Source: Candidatus Saccharimonadota bacterium (GTDB lineage Bacteria; Patescibacteriota; Saccharimonadia; Saccharimonadales; Saccharimonadaceae). From it: DNA of 64,000 nt. The DNA is taken from the NCBI GenBank assembly GCA_027492635.1, contig JAPUEH010000009.1, positions 48 to 64,047 of the forward strand, given 5' to 3'. Shown here one piece after another: positions 13,148 through 20,938 of this stretch. The translations under genes were made by a program, and so were the position numbers. The notes below the pieces were generated by a model that searched no databases, was not told the origin of the DNA, and saw nothing but the letters and a program-made list of their open reading frames with translations. How positions within the stretch are numbered: the stretch's first letter is position 1; every line of letters begins with the position of its first letter.

Positions 13148-13255
13148 AGCTTCTGAATAAAAAAATTATCCAGGGGCCAAAAATAAACAGCACATTCCAA
13201 AAACTCCACACTTATAGAACGACCGTTCCTCGCAGGCGGTCGTTTTAGTTTTTCT
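13148..13255 (+). ncRNA. Candidate ~105-nt small RNA (promoter + intrinsic terminator, no ORF)
   Basis: It starts about 7 nt after the -10 at 13141. It is A-rich with no ATG and ends in the hairpin aacgaccg(13218-13225)/cggtcgtt(13237-13244) followed by ttagttttt. Confidence 0.4.
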
Positions 13256-13521
13256 GACCATCATAGACGCTTCAACTTGTCCTGAAACGAAGATAATCCA
13301 TCGTAGAAAAGATGGATTATTTTCGCATAGCGAGAGCTGCAGGGTACGTTCACTCTTGCTCCATTCGGGAGCTAAAGCTCCGCTCATTACGGCCAAGCAA
13401 TGACGACATCGCTACGCTCCTCCGACTCCGCAATGACACCTAGCAAGCTGTCGTCATTGTATTCGTCTACACCGAACGTCCACGGGACGTTCTCCCCCTC
13501 ACGGGCAGCCCCCTGTCAGCG

Positions 13522-13563
13522 AAATTAAATACACCAACCATAAATGGTTGGTGTATTTAATTT
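13522..13563. terminator. Perfect 19-bp hairpin abutting the tmRNA 3' end
   Basis: aaattaaatacaccaacca-taaa-tggttggtgtatttaattt is symmetric, so it folds on either strand. Confidence 0.7.
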
Positions 13564-13964
13564 GGTGGAGCTGCGGGGTACTGCCCCCCGGTCCGAAAGG
13601 TAACATGATATTCGTCTACAGGCATAGTTTTGACTGGGTTGTTTTATAACAAGATTCGACTAAAAATCAAAACAAAAATATCGAGCCTTGTTACGTGGCA
13701 AAAGTCCCGCACATAGGCCACTTCCCTATGTACAGCGAGCGACATAAATATAGCACTCGGCAGTTGCAATGTCGCCTAGCAAATCCGAATGGCTGCGATT
13801 AGTTACGCAACAACGGCTGCAGTAGCTTTAGGAGCAAAAAGATCCTTGAAAGCTGCTGGCAAACCTGCAAATGTATTTTTTGCAATTAAAATTGTACTTT
13901 ACGTGTACAGTCGACCTGCAGAATATCCTGTTAAGTTCCCATCGTCGAAAGCTATGTCAGCCCC
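13563..13964 (-). ncRNA. ssrA: tmRNA (SsrA)
   Basis: The minus strand starts GGGGCTGACATAGCTTTCGACG and ends GGACCGGGGGGCAGTACCCCGCAGCTCCACCA. The acceptor stem GGGGCUG/CAGCUCC contains the G3:U70 alanine identity pair. The internal tag ORF GCA AAA AAT ... GCA GCC GTT GTT GCG TAA encodes AKNTFAGLPAAFKDLFAPKATAAVVA*. Confidence 0.93.
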
Positions 13965-14007
13965 AGACCAATACCAATTATTATACCACACTTACCCCGT
14001 ATGTGAT

Positions 14008-15534
14008 ATGCTGATAACACTTATGGTTGCCAAGGTTACGTGTGTTGCACCGATTGGATTCTCTGGCTCGCTTGTTGAGGTTGAGTGTGATGCCAAGCGT
14101 GGGCTACCTGCACTCCAGATTGTCGGCATGGGCAATAAAGCTATCGACGAAGCCAAAGAACGTGTCCGCAGCGCCATTGGCAATTCCCTACTGGAGTTTC
14201 CGAGTAGCAAAATTACCATCAATCTCGCTCCTGCTGAACTACCAAAAGACGGCTCGCACTACGATCTTGCTATTGCCATAGCTATCCTTGTCGTGAGCGG
14301 GCAGCTCAAGCAAGAGCAAGTAGCTGGCAGTATTTTCATCGGCGAACTTGCACTCGACGGCGCGGTTCGACCTGTACGCGGTATCATCAACGCTGCCGAA
14401 TGTGCCCGCGACCATGGCTTCAAACAGATAATAGTACCCGAGGCCAATCTCGATCAAGCTTGCCTCGTCGACGGCATTGACATTGTTCCCGTCAGCAGTC
14501 TCAAACAGCTATTTCTCCACCTCAAGCAAGAAATGATTATTGCTCCCAGCGCGGATACTGGGACACGCCCATCAGCTGCAACAATCCCCGCCTTCACCCT
14601 CGACGCCATCAGTGGCCAAGAGCAAGCCAAGCGTGCCCTCACTATCGCCGTCGCAGGCCGTCACAATATCCTCCTCAATGGACCGCCAGGATCTGGCAAG
14701 ACGCTTCTGGCCAAAACCATGACATGGCTGCTGCCTGCACTCACACCACAAGAACGCATTGCCGTCACCAAGCTCCATAGTCTCTCTGGCGAGACAGAAA
14801 AAATCATTGCGACGCGGCCATTTCGAGCACCGCACCATACCGCCAGCCGCAGCGCACTCATCGGTGGCGGCAGCAAACCCAAACCTGGCGAAATCAGCCT
14901 CGCACACCACGGAGTGCTATTTCTTGATGAAATCCCCGAATACCCCCGCTCGGTACTTGAATCCCTCCGCCAGCCGCTCGAAGACCGCCAAGTGTCTATC
15001 GACCGCGCCGCTGGTCACCTCACTTATCCGGCCGACTTCATGCTAGTCGCTACTATGAACCCATGCCCTTGCGGCTACTACGGCGACGACACCAAAGAAT
15101 GTAGCTGTAGCATGAACCAAATTACCAGCTACCAAAAACGTCTCTCTGGCCCGCTCCTCGACCGTATCGATCTCACGCTCACCGTACCGCGCGTGCCCAC
15201 GCATGAATTTCTCAAGCACACTCCCGAGCATTTTCCACAACATGCTAGTGCTTCTGATTCCATCAAAAAAGCTATCGAGCACCAAGCCAACAGATATAAT
15301 CGTAGTGACAAATACAACTCTTCACTCGCTAGCAACAATATCGCCAAGACCGCAAAGCTCAGCGACGAAGCCGCCGCCCTACTCAACAAAGCCAACGACA
15401 ACCTCGCGCTCAGCGCCCGCAGTTATTTCCGAACCATTAAAGTTGCACGCACCATTGCCGATCTGGCAGATTCGACCACTATCCAGCCACCACACATTGC
15501 CGAAGCACTGCAATACCGACAACTTACCGCATAA
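14008..15534 (+). CDS. comM: YifB/ComM family Mg-chelatase-like AAA+ ATPase
   Basis: The N-terminal Lon-protease-like domain (GSLVEVECD, APAELPKDGSHYDLAIA) is present. Walker A is NGPPGSGKT, followed by VLFLDEIPEY and MNPCPCGY. The ORF-track start at 13789 overlaps ssrA; I use ATG 14008, with ATG 14023 as an alternative. Confidence 0.92.
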   Translation: MLITLMVAKVTCVAPIGFSGSLVEVECDAKRGLPALQIVGMGNKAIDEAKERVRSAIGNSLLEFPSSKITINLAPAELPKDGSHYDLAIAIAILVVSGQLKQEQVAGSIFIGELALDGAVRPVRGIINAAECARDHGFKQIIVPEANLDQACLVDGIDIVPVSSLKQLFLHLKQEMIIAPSADTGTRPSAATIPAFTLDAISGQEQAKRALTIAVAGRHNILLNGPPGSGKTLLAKTMTWLLPALTPQERIAVTKLHSLSGETEKIIATRPFRAPHHTASRSALIGGGSKPKPGEISLAHHGVLFLDEIPEYPRSVLESLRQPLEDRQVSIDRAAGHLTYPADFMLVATMNPCPCGYYGDDTKECSCSMNQITSYQKRLSGPLLDRIDLTLTVPRVPTHEFLKHTPEHFPQHASASDSIKKAIEHQANRYNRSDKYNSSLASNNIAKTAKLSDEAAALLNKANDNLALSARSYFRTIKVARTIADLADSTTIQPPHIAEALQYRQLTA

Positions 15535-15539
15535 ACCCC

Positions 15540-15568
15540 TTGCCCTCACCACTGAAATCTGTTAGTAT
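15540..15568 (+). promoter_or_regulatory. Promoter of the infC-rpmI-rplT operon (TTGCCC-N17-TAGTAT)
   Basis: cTTGCCCtcaccactgaaatctgtTAGTATgg is followed by the 5'-UTR hairpin cgagta-atttcgac-tactcg. Confidence 0.5.
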
Positions 15569-15619
15569 GGTATTCGAGTAATTTCGACTACTCGTTAACA
15601 AATCAGCAAGGAGAAAGCG

Positions 15620-16126
15620 ATTAACAAATCAGTTCGTGTTAACGAGCAGATCCGGGCAAAGGAACTGCGCGTTATCGGTACAGACGGTGAACAATTAGGA
15701 GTACTATCTCTCGTGGAGGCTCGTCGCCTCGCGGATGAAGCAGGTGTAGACCTTGTAGAAATTTCACCAAACGCTGACCCTCCTGTAGCAAAAATCATCG
15801 ACTGGGGTAAGTTCCAGTACCAAAAGATGAAAGAGCTACAGAAAAATCGCAAAAACGCCAAAACAAGCGAGTTGAAGCAGATGCGACTTGGCCTCAAAAT
15901 CGGTGCAAACGATCTTGAAATCAAGCTGCGCAAAATTCGCAAATTCCTGGCAGACGGCAACAAGGTAAAAATTATGATTTTCTTTCGCGGTCGCGAGATG
16001 GCCCACAAAGAACTCGGTTTTGACCTTATCAATCAAATCATTGCCAAGCTAGAAGATGACGCTGTAGTCGAACAAAAGCCTCAGATGGCTGGCCGCAATC
16101 TGAGCATAACCGTAAGGAGTAAATAA
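15620..16126 (+). CDS. infC: Translation initiation factor IF-3, ATT start
   Basis: The frame is open from 15599, and AAGGAG at 15608-15613 lies 6 nt before ATT 15620. The conserved IF-3 N-domain ([22 protein letters not shown]) lies upstream of the first canonical start (GTG 15713). Confidence 0.92.
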   Translation: MNKSVRVNEQIRAKELRVIGTDGEQLGVLSLVEARRLADEAGVDLVEISPNADPPVAKIIDWGKFQYQKMKELQKNRKNAKTSELKQMRLGLKIGANDLEIKLRKIRKFLADGNKVKIMIFFRGREMAHKELGFDLINQIIAKLEDDAVVEQKPQMAGRNLSITVRSK

Positions 16127-16323
16127 TGCCAAAGCTAAAGACGCACAAAGGAACTGCCAAGCGAGTCAAGCTTACCGGTACTGGTAAGATTACTCGTGGA
16201 CGCGCTTTCGGCGGTCACTTGCTTGCAAAGAAAAGCAAAAGCCGCAAACGTGCCATCAACACGACAGCTGTTGTGACAGGTGGTATGGCTAAAAATGTTA
16301 AACGAGCCCTAGGAGTTAAATAA
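16126..16323 (+). CDS. rpmI: 50S ribosomal protein L35
   Basis: 65-aa basic ORF beginning [13 protein letters not shown], in the infC-rpmI-rplT order. Confidence 0.97.
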   Translation: MPKLKTHKGTAKRVKLTGTGKITRGRAFGGHLLAKKSKSRKRAINTTAVVTGGMAKNVKRALGVK

Positions 16324-16664
16324 TGCGAGTAAAACGAGGTGTTGCCGCACGTGCCAAGCACAAGAAAATTCTAAAACAAGCCAAAGGTATGCAGCATAAC
16401 CGCACCCGTAGCTTCCGTCTTGCTAAGCAAGCAGTTACTCGTGCTCTTCAGTACGCATACCGTGATCGCCGCAACAAAAAACGCGATCTTCGTGGTCTTT
16501 GGATCACACGTATCAACGCAGCTGCACGTTTGCAAGGTACAACCTACAGTAAGCTGATGGCTGGACTCAAAGCCGCCGACGTCGAACTCGACCGCAAGAT
16601 TCTATCGGAACTTGCAGCCAACGAGCCGAAAGCATTTGAAGCTGTTGCCAAAAGCGTAAAATAA
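16323..16664 (+). CDS. rplT: 50S ribosomal protein L20
   Basis: 113-aa ORF beginning [22 protein letters not shown], with [10 protein letters not shown]. Confidence 0.97.
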   Translation: MRVKRGVAARAKHKKILKQAKGMQHNRTRSFRLAKQAVTRALQYAYRDRRNKKRDLRGLWITRINAAARLQGTTYSKLMAGLKAADVELDRKILSELAANEPKAFEAVAKSVK

Positions 16665-16689
16665 TCTATTTTGCGACGCTGAAACCAAA

Positions 16690-16714
16690 ACACCTCCCAA
16701 GCGGAGGTGTTTTT
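16690..16714. terminator. Intrinsic terminator between rplT and rnpB
   Basis: acacctcc-caagc-ggaggtgt followed by tttt, with an A-run on the other side. Confidence 0.75.
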
Positions 16715-16725
16715 CGTATAAGCTA

Positions 16726-17073
16726 TGAGCAGTCTGCCTGTAAGCCGGGTTCTGTCGAGGATAATCATCTATCTAGCTACACTGTTGCCAGTATAGTCGA
16801 GCGGATTTTGCGATATATATGCGGCGAACAACCTATTGCACATGTATCTCCTTGCAGCGGACAGGGTTTACCTCCAATACATGTCACCATGTACTGCTGT
16901 GAGCTTTTACCTCACTCGTTTCACCTTTTCCCCTCTAAGAGAGGTAGTTTTGTTTCTGTGGCACTTTCCCTAGGGTTACCCCCGGTCGCCGTTAGCGACT
17001 GTCCTGTTCTGTGCTGCCCGGACTTTCCTCTTACGGGGCTATACCCTGCAAGCGATTATCTAGCACACTGCCT
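16726..17073 (-). ncRNA. rnpB: RNase P RNA, bacterial type A
   Basis: The minus strand contains GAGGAAAGTCCGGGC (P4 5' strand), GGGTAACCC, GTGCCACAGAAA, AAGGTGAAACGAGTGAGGTAAAAGCTCAC, GCTAGATAGATGATTATC and ACAGAACCCGGCTTAC (P4 3' strand). P1 is GCAGTGTGC/GCAGACTGC. ORF 16808-17173 is spurious. Confidence 0.95.
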
Positions 17074-17078
17074 GTGTA

Positions 17079-17981
17079 TTATTGTACCACTTCTTCGTCT
17101 TCTTCGGGCTGCACTTTTGGCTTGGCATGCATATCGAGTATATGATTTACCTCTGCATCCGCCAGAGTGTTAAACTCACGGCGCACATGTGTAAACTTCA
17201 CATCCTCAAACTGTGTTAGTAAATCTAAAATTCGTTCATTGATAGGCCACAATTCCCTATTTTTGACAGTATAGATACCCTTCATCTGATTCACCACCAT
17301 CAGGCTGTCCAGTCGGTATTCCAGCTTTTTATAGCCAAGCTCAAGTGCGCGTTCCAAACCGAGTAGTAGTCCATGGTATTCTGCCTGGTAGCTTGTGGTG
17401 ATACCAAGGAACTGTCCGCCCTTCTCTATCACCTCACCCTCTGCAGTTTCCACAACATATGCAGCTGCCGAGATACCAGGATTACCACGTGAACCGCCAT
17501 CTGAATACAAAATTATTCTGTCATCTGTTGTAATTGTTTCATCAATTTCTATATGACTTTCGCCATGCTCATCTGTCACAATCTTTTGTTCACTCAAGCC
17601 AAGCAGTACTTGCGATGATTCTGTAATTTCACGATGTTGTATTTTTGACTTGCTTTGCCATATTGCTTTGTCGTAATTTTCGCTCAACACTACCTGCGTA
17701 CTTTCGACATTCACAAGATATACAATAAACACATACTGCAAGTTCGGATCATCCGAATCCACATAAGTAATCACATCAAATAGCTGCACGGATACAGGGT
17801 TGAGGCCAGCGTCTTTTGTTAAATACCGTCTGAGCGCATCCTCTGGCTGCTCATGATACTCTATCTTGCCCCCAGGCAGCTCAAATTTTCCAAGTATCGA
17901 CTCGCGCCCATTGGCACGACGAAGTAACAATGTTTGATCTTTTTTACGGACAAGCGCGCGGACGGCGGTACGTTGTTTCAT
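17079..17981 (-). CDS. NUDIX hydrolase - RNase HI fusion protein
   Basis: 300-aa ORF. The N-terminus has a Nudix fold and box-like GGKIEYHEQPEDALRRYLTKDAGL. The C-terminus is RNase H-like (YSDGGSRGNPG ... YQAEYHGLLLGLERA ... DSLMVVNQM ... NTLADAEVN). Confidence 0.8.
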   Translation of the reverse strand: MKQRTAVRALVRKKDQTLLLRRANGRESILGKFELPGGKIEYHEQPEDALRRYLTKDAGLNPVSVQLFDVITYVDSDDPNLQYVFIVYLVNVESTQVVLSENYDKAIWQSKSKIQHREITESSQVLLGLSEQKIVTDEHGESHIEIDETITTDDRIILYSDGGSRGNPGISAAAYVVETAEGEVIEKGGQFLGITTSYQAEYHGLLLGLERALELGYKKLEYRLDSLMVVNQMKGIYTVKNRELWPINERILDLLTQFEDVKFTHVRREFNTLADAEVNHILDMHAKPKVQPEEDEEVVQ

Positions 17982-18037
17982 GGGGTTTTTGTCTTTCTTT
18001 GGTTTTATTTAGTATAACATACACCCGAAGATGGACC

Positions 18038-18601
18038 TCATTCCACAACACCACGAGACAAAGTGTCATCTTGAAGCTCAGGAAACACTTTCTCTAGTAC
18101 AAGCTGGTTCGTCATACTCACTGGCCGCACTGTGTAGCCATACACCATGTAACAATCAAAGTGCAATGTGATCTTATGCGTTTTGGCCGCCTCCATATCA
18201 AGCCGCCAGAGATAGACAGCAGAATCACCCGCAATCTCCGTACTTAAAATGTGCACGATATCATTACGCTTAAAAGCAATCCCCGTACACGTACGCTGCG
18301 TGACCGGAACAACATAAAACTGTTTCTCATTCCGCAACATGATCAATATTTCATTCATCAGATTGCTGATTCGGGAAATATACCCCTCATATAGCTGCAA
18401 CCCATCATCCCGGGCCAAATACAATAACTCGATGTATCTACCATCCTTACCCATCGACACCTCACCATACAAAATGTCTTCAGGGCCAAATGTCACACCG
18501 CCTGCGTGCTGCACCTTGGTATACCTTGCGGGCGATCGTTTTTTTGTGATAGATATTCCCATATATCCATTATACAGCGATTCATAGCACACGCTATGCA
18601 T
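18038..18601 (-). CDS. Hypothetical protein
   Basis: 187-aa ORF with no recognisable motif. The likely start is the internal Met at 18562 (MGISITKK...). It is divergent from the GIY-YIG gene. Confidence 0.45.
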   Translation of the reverse strand: MHSVCYESLYNGYMGISITKKRSPARYTKVQHAGGVTFGPEDILYGEVSMGKDGRYIELLYLARDDGLQLYEGYISRISNLMNEILIMLRNEKQFYVVPVTQRTCTGIAFKRNDIVHILSTEIAGDSAVYLWRLDMEAAKTHKITLHFDCYMVYGYTVRPVSMTNQLVLEKVFPELQDDTLSRGVVE

Positions 18602-18630
18602 GTATCCATACAGTTAGTACAATAGGGGTT

Positions 18631-19404
18631 ATGGAATTTGACGAAAAAACTCAGCAACAACTCAGCTACTATGTATATATCCTGGTCGACCCCTGTGATA
18701 TGCAGCCATTCTACATTGGCAAAGGTAAAAACAATCGCGTCTTCGACCACATAAAAGGCGCTCTAAAAGACACATCGAAAGACTCGTTGAAATATGATAT
18801 TATTCGCCAAATTCAGGCGAAGGATAAGCAGCCGTTTCACTATATCGTTCGGCATGGTCTAAGTGAAAAGGAAGCATTTACACTAGAAGCCTCACTAATA
18901 GATCTACTTTCATTTATGCATTACAAAAAGACAAATCGTACGGGTGGTCACAACTCCGCCGAAAAAGGTATGATGACGGCCGATGAGCTAATGCGTATAT
19001 ATAATGCACAAGAACTTCAGCCGTCAAGTATCCTAGAAGGGACGGTTGCAATCAATATCAACAGAAAATATAAGCGAGGATTTACGAAAGACAGCATATC
19101 CGAAGTTACTCGCGAATCTTGGGTTATCGCAAAAAAGAAACTTCCAACTATCAAATACGTCCTAAGTGAATACCGCGGTCTAGTTGTCGGCGTATTTGAA
19201 GTCTATGGGTGGTATCCCGTAACAGTCACTCAGGAAAGTGGAAAAAATAAAGGCAAAACTAAAACTCGATATGGTTTTTACTATCACGATAAATCTAACT
19301 CAGACATAGGACGACGATACATGAATCATTCAATTGCCCACTACAAAAAGCGCGGAGAGGCCTCCCCGGTCATATATCTGTACGGACGAATGCCTCAGCA
19401 GTAA
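18631..19404 (+). CDS. GIY-YIG nuclease superfamily protein (COG3680-like) with an uncharacterised C-terminal domain
   Basis: The N-terminus YYVYILVDPCDMQPFYIGKGKNNRVFDH matches the GIY...YIG pattern. About 170 further residues have unknown function. Confidence 0.65.
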   Translation: MEFDEKTQQQLSYYVYILVDPCDMQPFYIGKGKNNRVFDHIKGALKDTSKDSLKYDIIRQIQAKDKQPFHYIVRHGLSEKEAFTLEASLIDLLSFMHYKKTNRTGGHNSAEKGMMTADELMRIYNAQELQPSSILEGTVAININRKYKRGFTKDSISEVTRESWVIAKKKLPTIKYVLSEYRGLVVGVFEVYGWYPVTVTQESGKNKGKTKTRYGFYYHDKSNSDIGRRYMNHSIAHYKKRGEASPVIYLYGRMPQQ

Positions 19405-19433
19405 AGTAGCTGACAGATACCCCAGACTTCACC

Positions 19434-19904
19434 CTAAAATCTCGTTAAATACACCGTGCTTAGAGATGACCCAGGAACATCTTCGAAATAATCAGCTATC
19501 GCCCGCCCTGCGACCTCTCTTGCATCGTCTTTTGGGTAGCCGTAGATACCTGTAGAAATTTCAGGAAATGCTATCGACTCCACCTTATGCTCATCCGCGA
19601 GTCGCAGCGATTCATAATAGCAACTATACAGAATCTCTTCTTCTCGACCATCATGCTGCCCGTAAATCGGACCAACCGTATGAATAACATACTTAGTCAA
19701 CAGACGAAACCCAGGTGTTATCACGGCAGCCCCGCGATCACAGTTGCCTATCTTCTGACAGGCGGTCGTCATCTCGTCGTAGCCAGCTGCATCAAATATA
19801 GCCCCGCACACACCTGTGCCGCCAAACAGCCGTGTATTAGCTGCGTTAACAATTGCATCTACCTCAAGCTCAACTATATTTGCTTTGATAATCTTAACTA
19901 TCAT
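19434..19904 (-). CDS. Macro domain protein (MacroD/YmdB-like ADP-ribose or O-acetyl-ADP-ribose hydrolase)
   Basis: Contains VDAIVNAANTRLFGGTGVCGAIFDAAG and IAFPEISTGIYGYP. The start is moved to ATG 19904 because the longer ORF overlaps tRNA-Pro. Confidence 0.85.
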   Translation of the reverse strand: MIVKIIKANIVELEVDAIVNAANTRLFGGTGVCGAIFDAAGYDEMTTACQKIGNCDRGAAVITPGFRLLTKYVIHTVGPIYGQHDGREEEILYSCYYESLRLADEHKVESIAFPEISTGIYGYPKDDAREVAGRAIADYFEDVPGSSLSTVYLTRF

Positions 19905-19916
19905 AAGTACTTTCTC

Positions 19917-19992
19917 TGGTCGGGATGACTGGACTCGAACCAGCGGCCTCACCACCCCCAGCGGTGCGCGCTACCAACTGCGCCACATCCCG
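19917..19992 (-). tRNA. tRNA-Pro (GGG), CCA encoded
   Basis: Minus-strand cloverleaf: CGGGATG TG GCGC AGTTGGTA GCGC G CACCG CTGGGGG TGGTG AGGCC GCTGG TTCGAGT CCAGT CATCCCG A CCA. Confidence 0.9.
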
Positions 19993-20005
19993 ATAATTTC
20001 CAATC

Positions 20006-20142
20006 AAAAAGTCCAGGCGGCGCTTGATATATCCCCGCGTAAATGCAAGGTGGGTTCTCTCATAGCACCTCCACAGAGGTACAGAATATTGAGATCCCAT
20101 ATCAGATGACGTTAGGAAATCATATACGCCGATCCCCTGGAC
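20006..20142 (-). ncRNA. Candidate ~137-nt structured RNA / long structured tRNA-Pro leader
   Basis: It starts about 7 nt after the promoter at 20150-20178. The 5' GTCCAGG..GGCG pairs with the 3' CGCC.CCTGGAC, followed by UUUUU, and ends 13 nt before tRNA-Pro. An internal hairpin is ACCTC-tgt-GGAGGT. It has no ORF. Confidence 0.35.
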
Positions 20143-20149
20143 ACTTCTC

Positions 20150-20178
20150 ATTATACTCCTGTTTTGCAGTTGATACAA
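20150..20178 (-). promoter_or_regulatory. Promoter TTGTAT-N17-TATAAT
   Basis: The minus strand reads aTTGTATcaactgcaaaacaggagTATAATgagaag, immediately after the stop of the M50 protease gene. Confidence 0.5.
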
Positions 20179-20182
20179 ATAG

Positions 20183-20833
20183 CTAGACGCCAAAAATAAG
20201 TCGGAAAAAGTTCAAGATAGCGAAAATTGCAGTACCCATAATCGTACCGATGGCCGATGATGCTAGCATAACGATTGCAAATACAATCACAATTCCAAAC
20301 TGCTCGAACGCTTCCATGCCACGCCGCACAAACTCTGGTGCGATAGCATATAGCACACGCGAGCCGTCAAGGGGTGGAATTGGCAACATATTAAACACAA
20401 AGAAGCCGAGGTTGACCATAATAGCAGTGAGGAATATCTGACCAACAAGTGTCAGCTCCGATGGCATGCCGAGAAGCACCCACACACCAAAGAGCAAAAA
20501 CGCCAACACAAAGTTCGTCAGCGGCCCCGCAAGCGCTACAAGCGCCGCACCCCATTCATCCCACTTCACTCTAGCAGGGTTGAATGGCACAGGCTTAGCG
20601 CCACCAAAGACTGGGCCGCCAAGAATAGCCAGCATTACCGGCAAGATAATCGTCAAGAAGGGGTCGATGTGATGCAATGGATTAAGCGTCAGCCGCCCTT
20701 GGTCCCTAGCTGTCGTGTCGCCCAGTTTCAACGCCATTAGTCCATGCATCACCTCGTGTAGCGTCATCGAAATAAAAATCGTTGCGAGCACGATAATGAT
20801 ATGCAGTAGCATTCCTCCAGCGTCTATATCCAT
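20183..20833 (-). CDS. Site-2 protease family (peptidase M50) membrane metalloprotease
   Basis: 216-aa polytopic ORF with HEVMHG (HExxH) in the first TM region and a downstream LPIPPLDG motif. Confidence 0.85.
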   Translation of the reverse strand: MDIDAGGMLLHIIIVLATIFISMTLHEVMHGLMALKLGDTTARDQGRLTLNPLHHIDPFLTIILPVMLAILGGPVFGGAKPVPFNPARVKWDEWGAALVALAGPLTNFVLAFLLFGVWVLLGMPSELTLVGQIFLTAIMVNLGFFVFNMLPIPPLDGSRVLYAIAPEFVRRGMEAFEQFGIVIVFAIVMLASSAIGTIMGTAIFAILNFFRLIFGV

Positions 20834-20938
20834 GGCTATCTATTATACCCTATACATACCATTTCGCCCACTTGACGTTTTTGCCCCTCTACGCTACAAT
20901 GGTACAGATTGATTAAATAATAAGTGGAAGTAAAGATT

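Noticed and set aside
11860-13180. Replication origin (oriC) in the ORF-free stretch
   Set aside because: An AT-rich block (12100-12250) and DnaA-box-like 9-mers exist (TTATCCAGG at about 11867 and about 13167, TTTGGATAA at about 12133). All deviate from TTATCCACA by 1-2 positions. There is no dnaA or dnaN nearby, and gene orientation beyond 17 kb does not fit a divergence point. Whole-genome GC-skew would settle it.
13789-14007. N-terminal 73 codons of the ORF-track comM model
   Set aside because: This part is the antisense of the tmRNA gene (13563-13964). The conserved ComM N-terminus begins at about 14008-14023.
16808-17173. 121-aa ORF on the plus strand
   Set aside because: It is antisense to RNase P RNA. 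It is Cys/Pro/Leu-rich with no RBS.
19434-19904. Macro-domain gene as a DarG-type antitoxin of a DarTG system
   Set aside because: The protein is a short stand-alone MacroD/YmdB-type domain. No DarT (DUF4433) gene is adjacent. Its neighbours are a tRNA and a divergent GIY-YIG gene.
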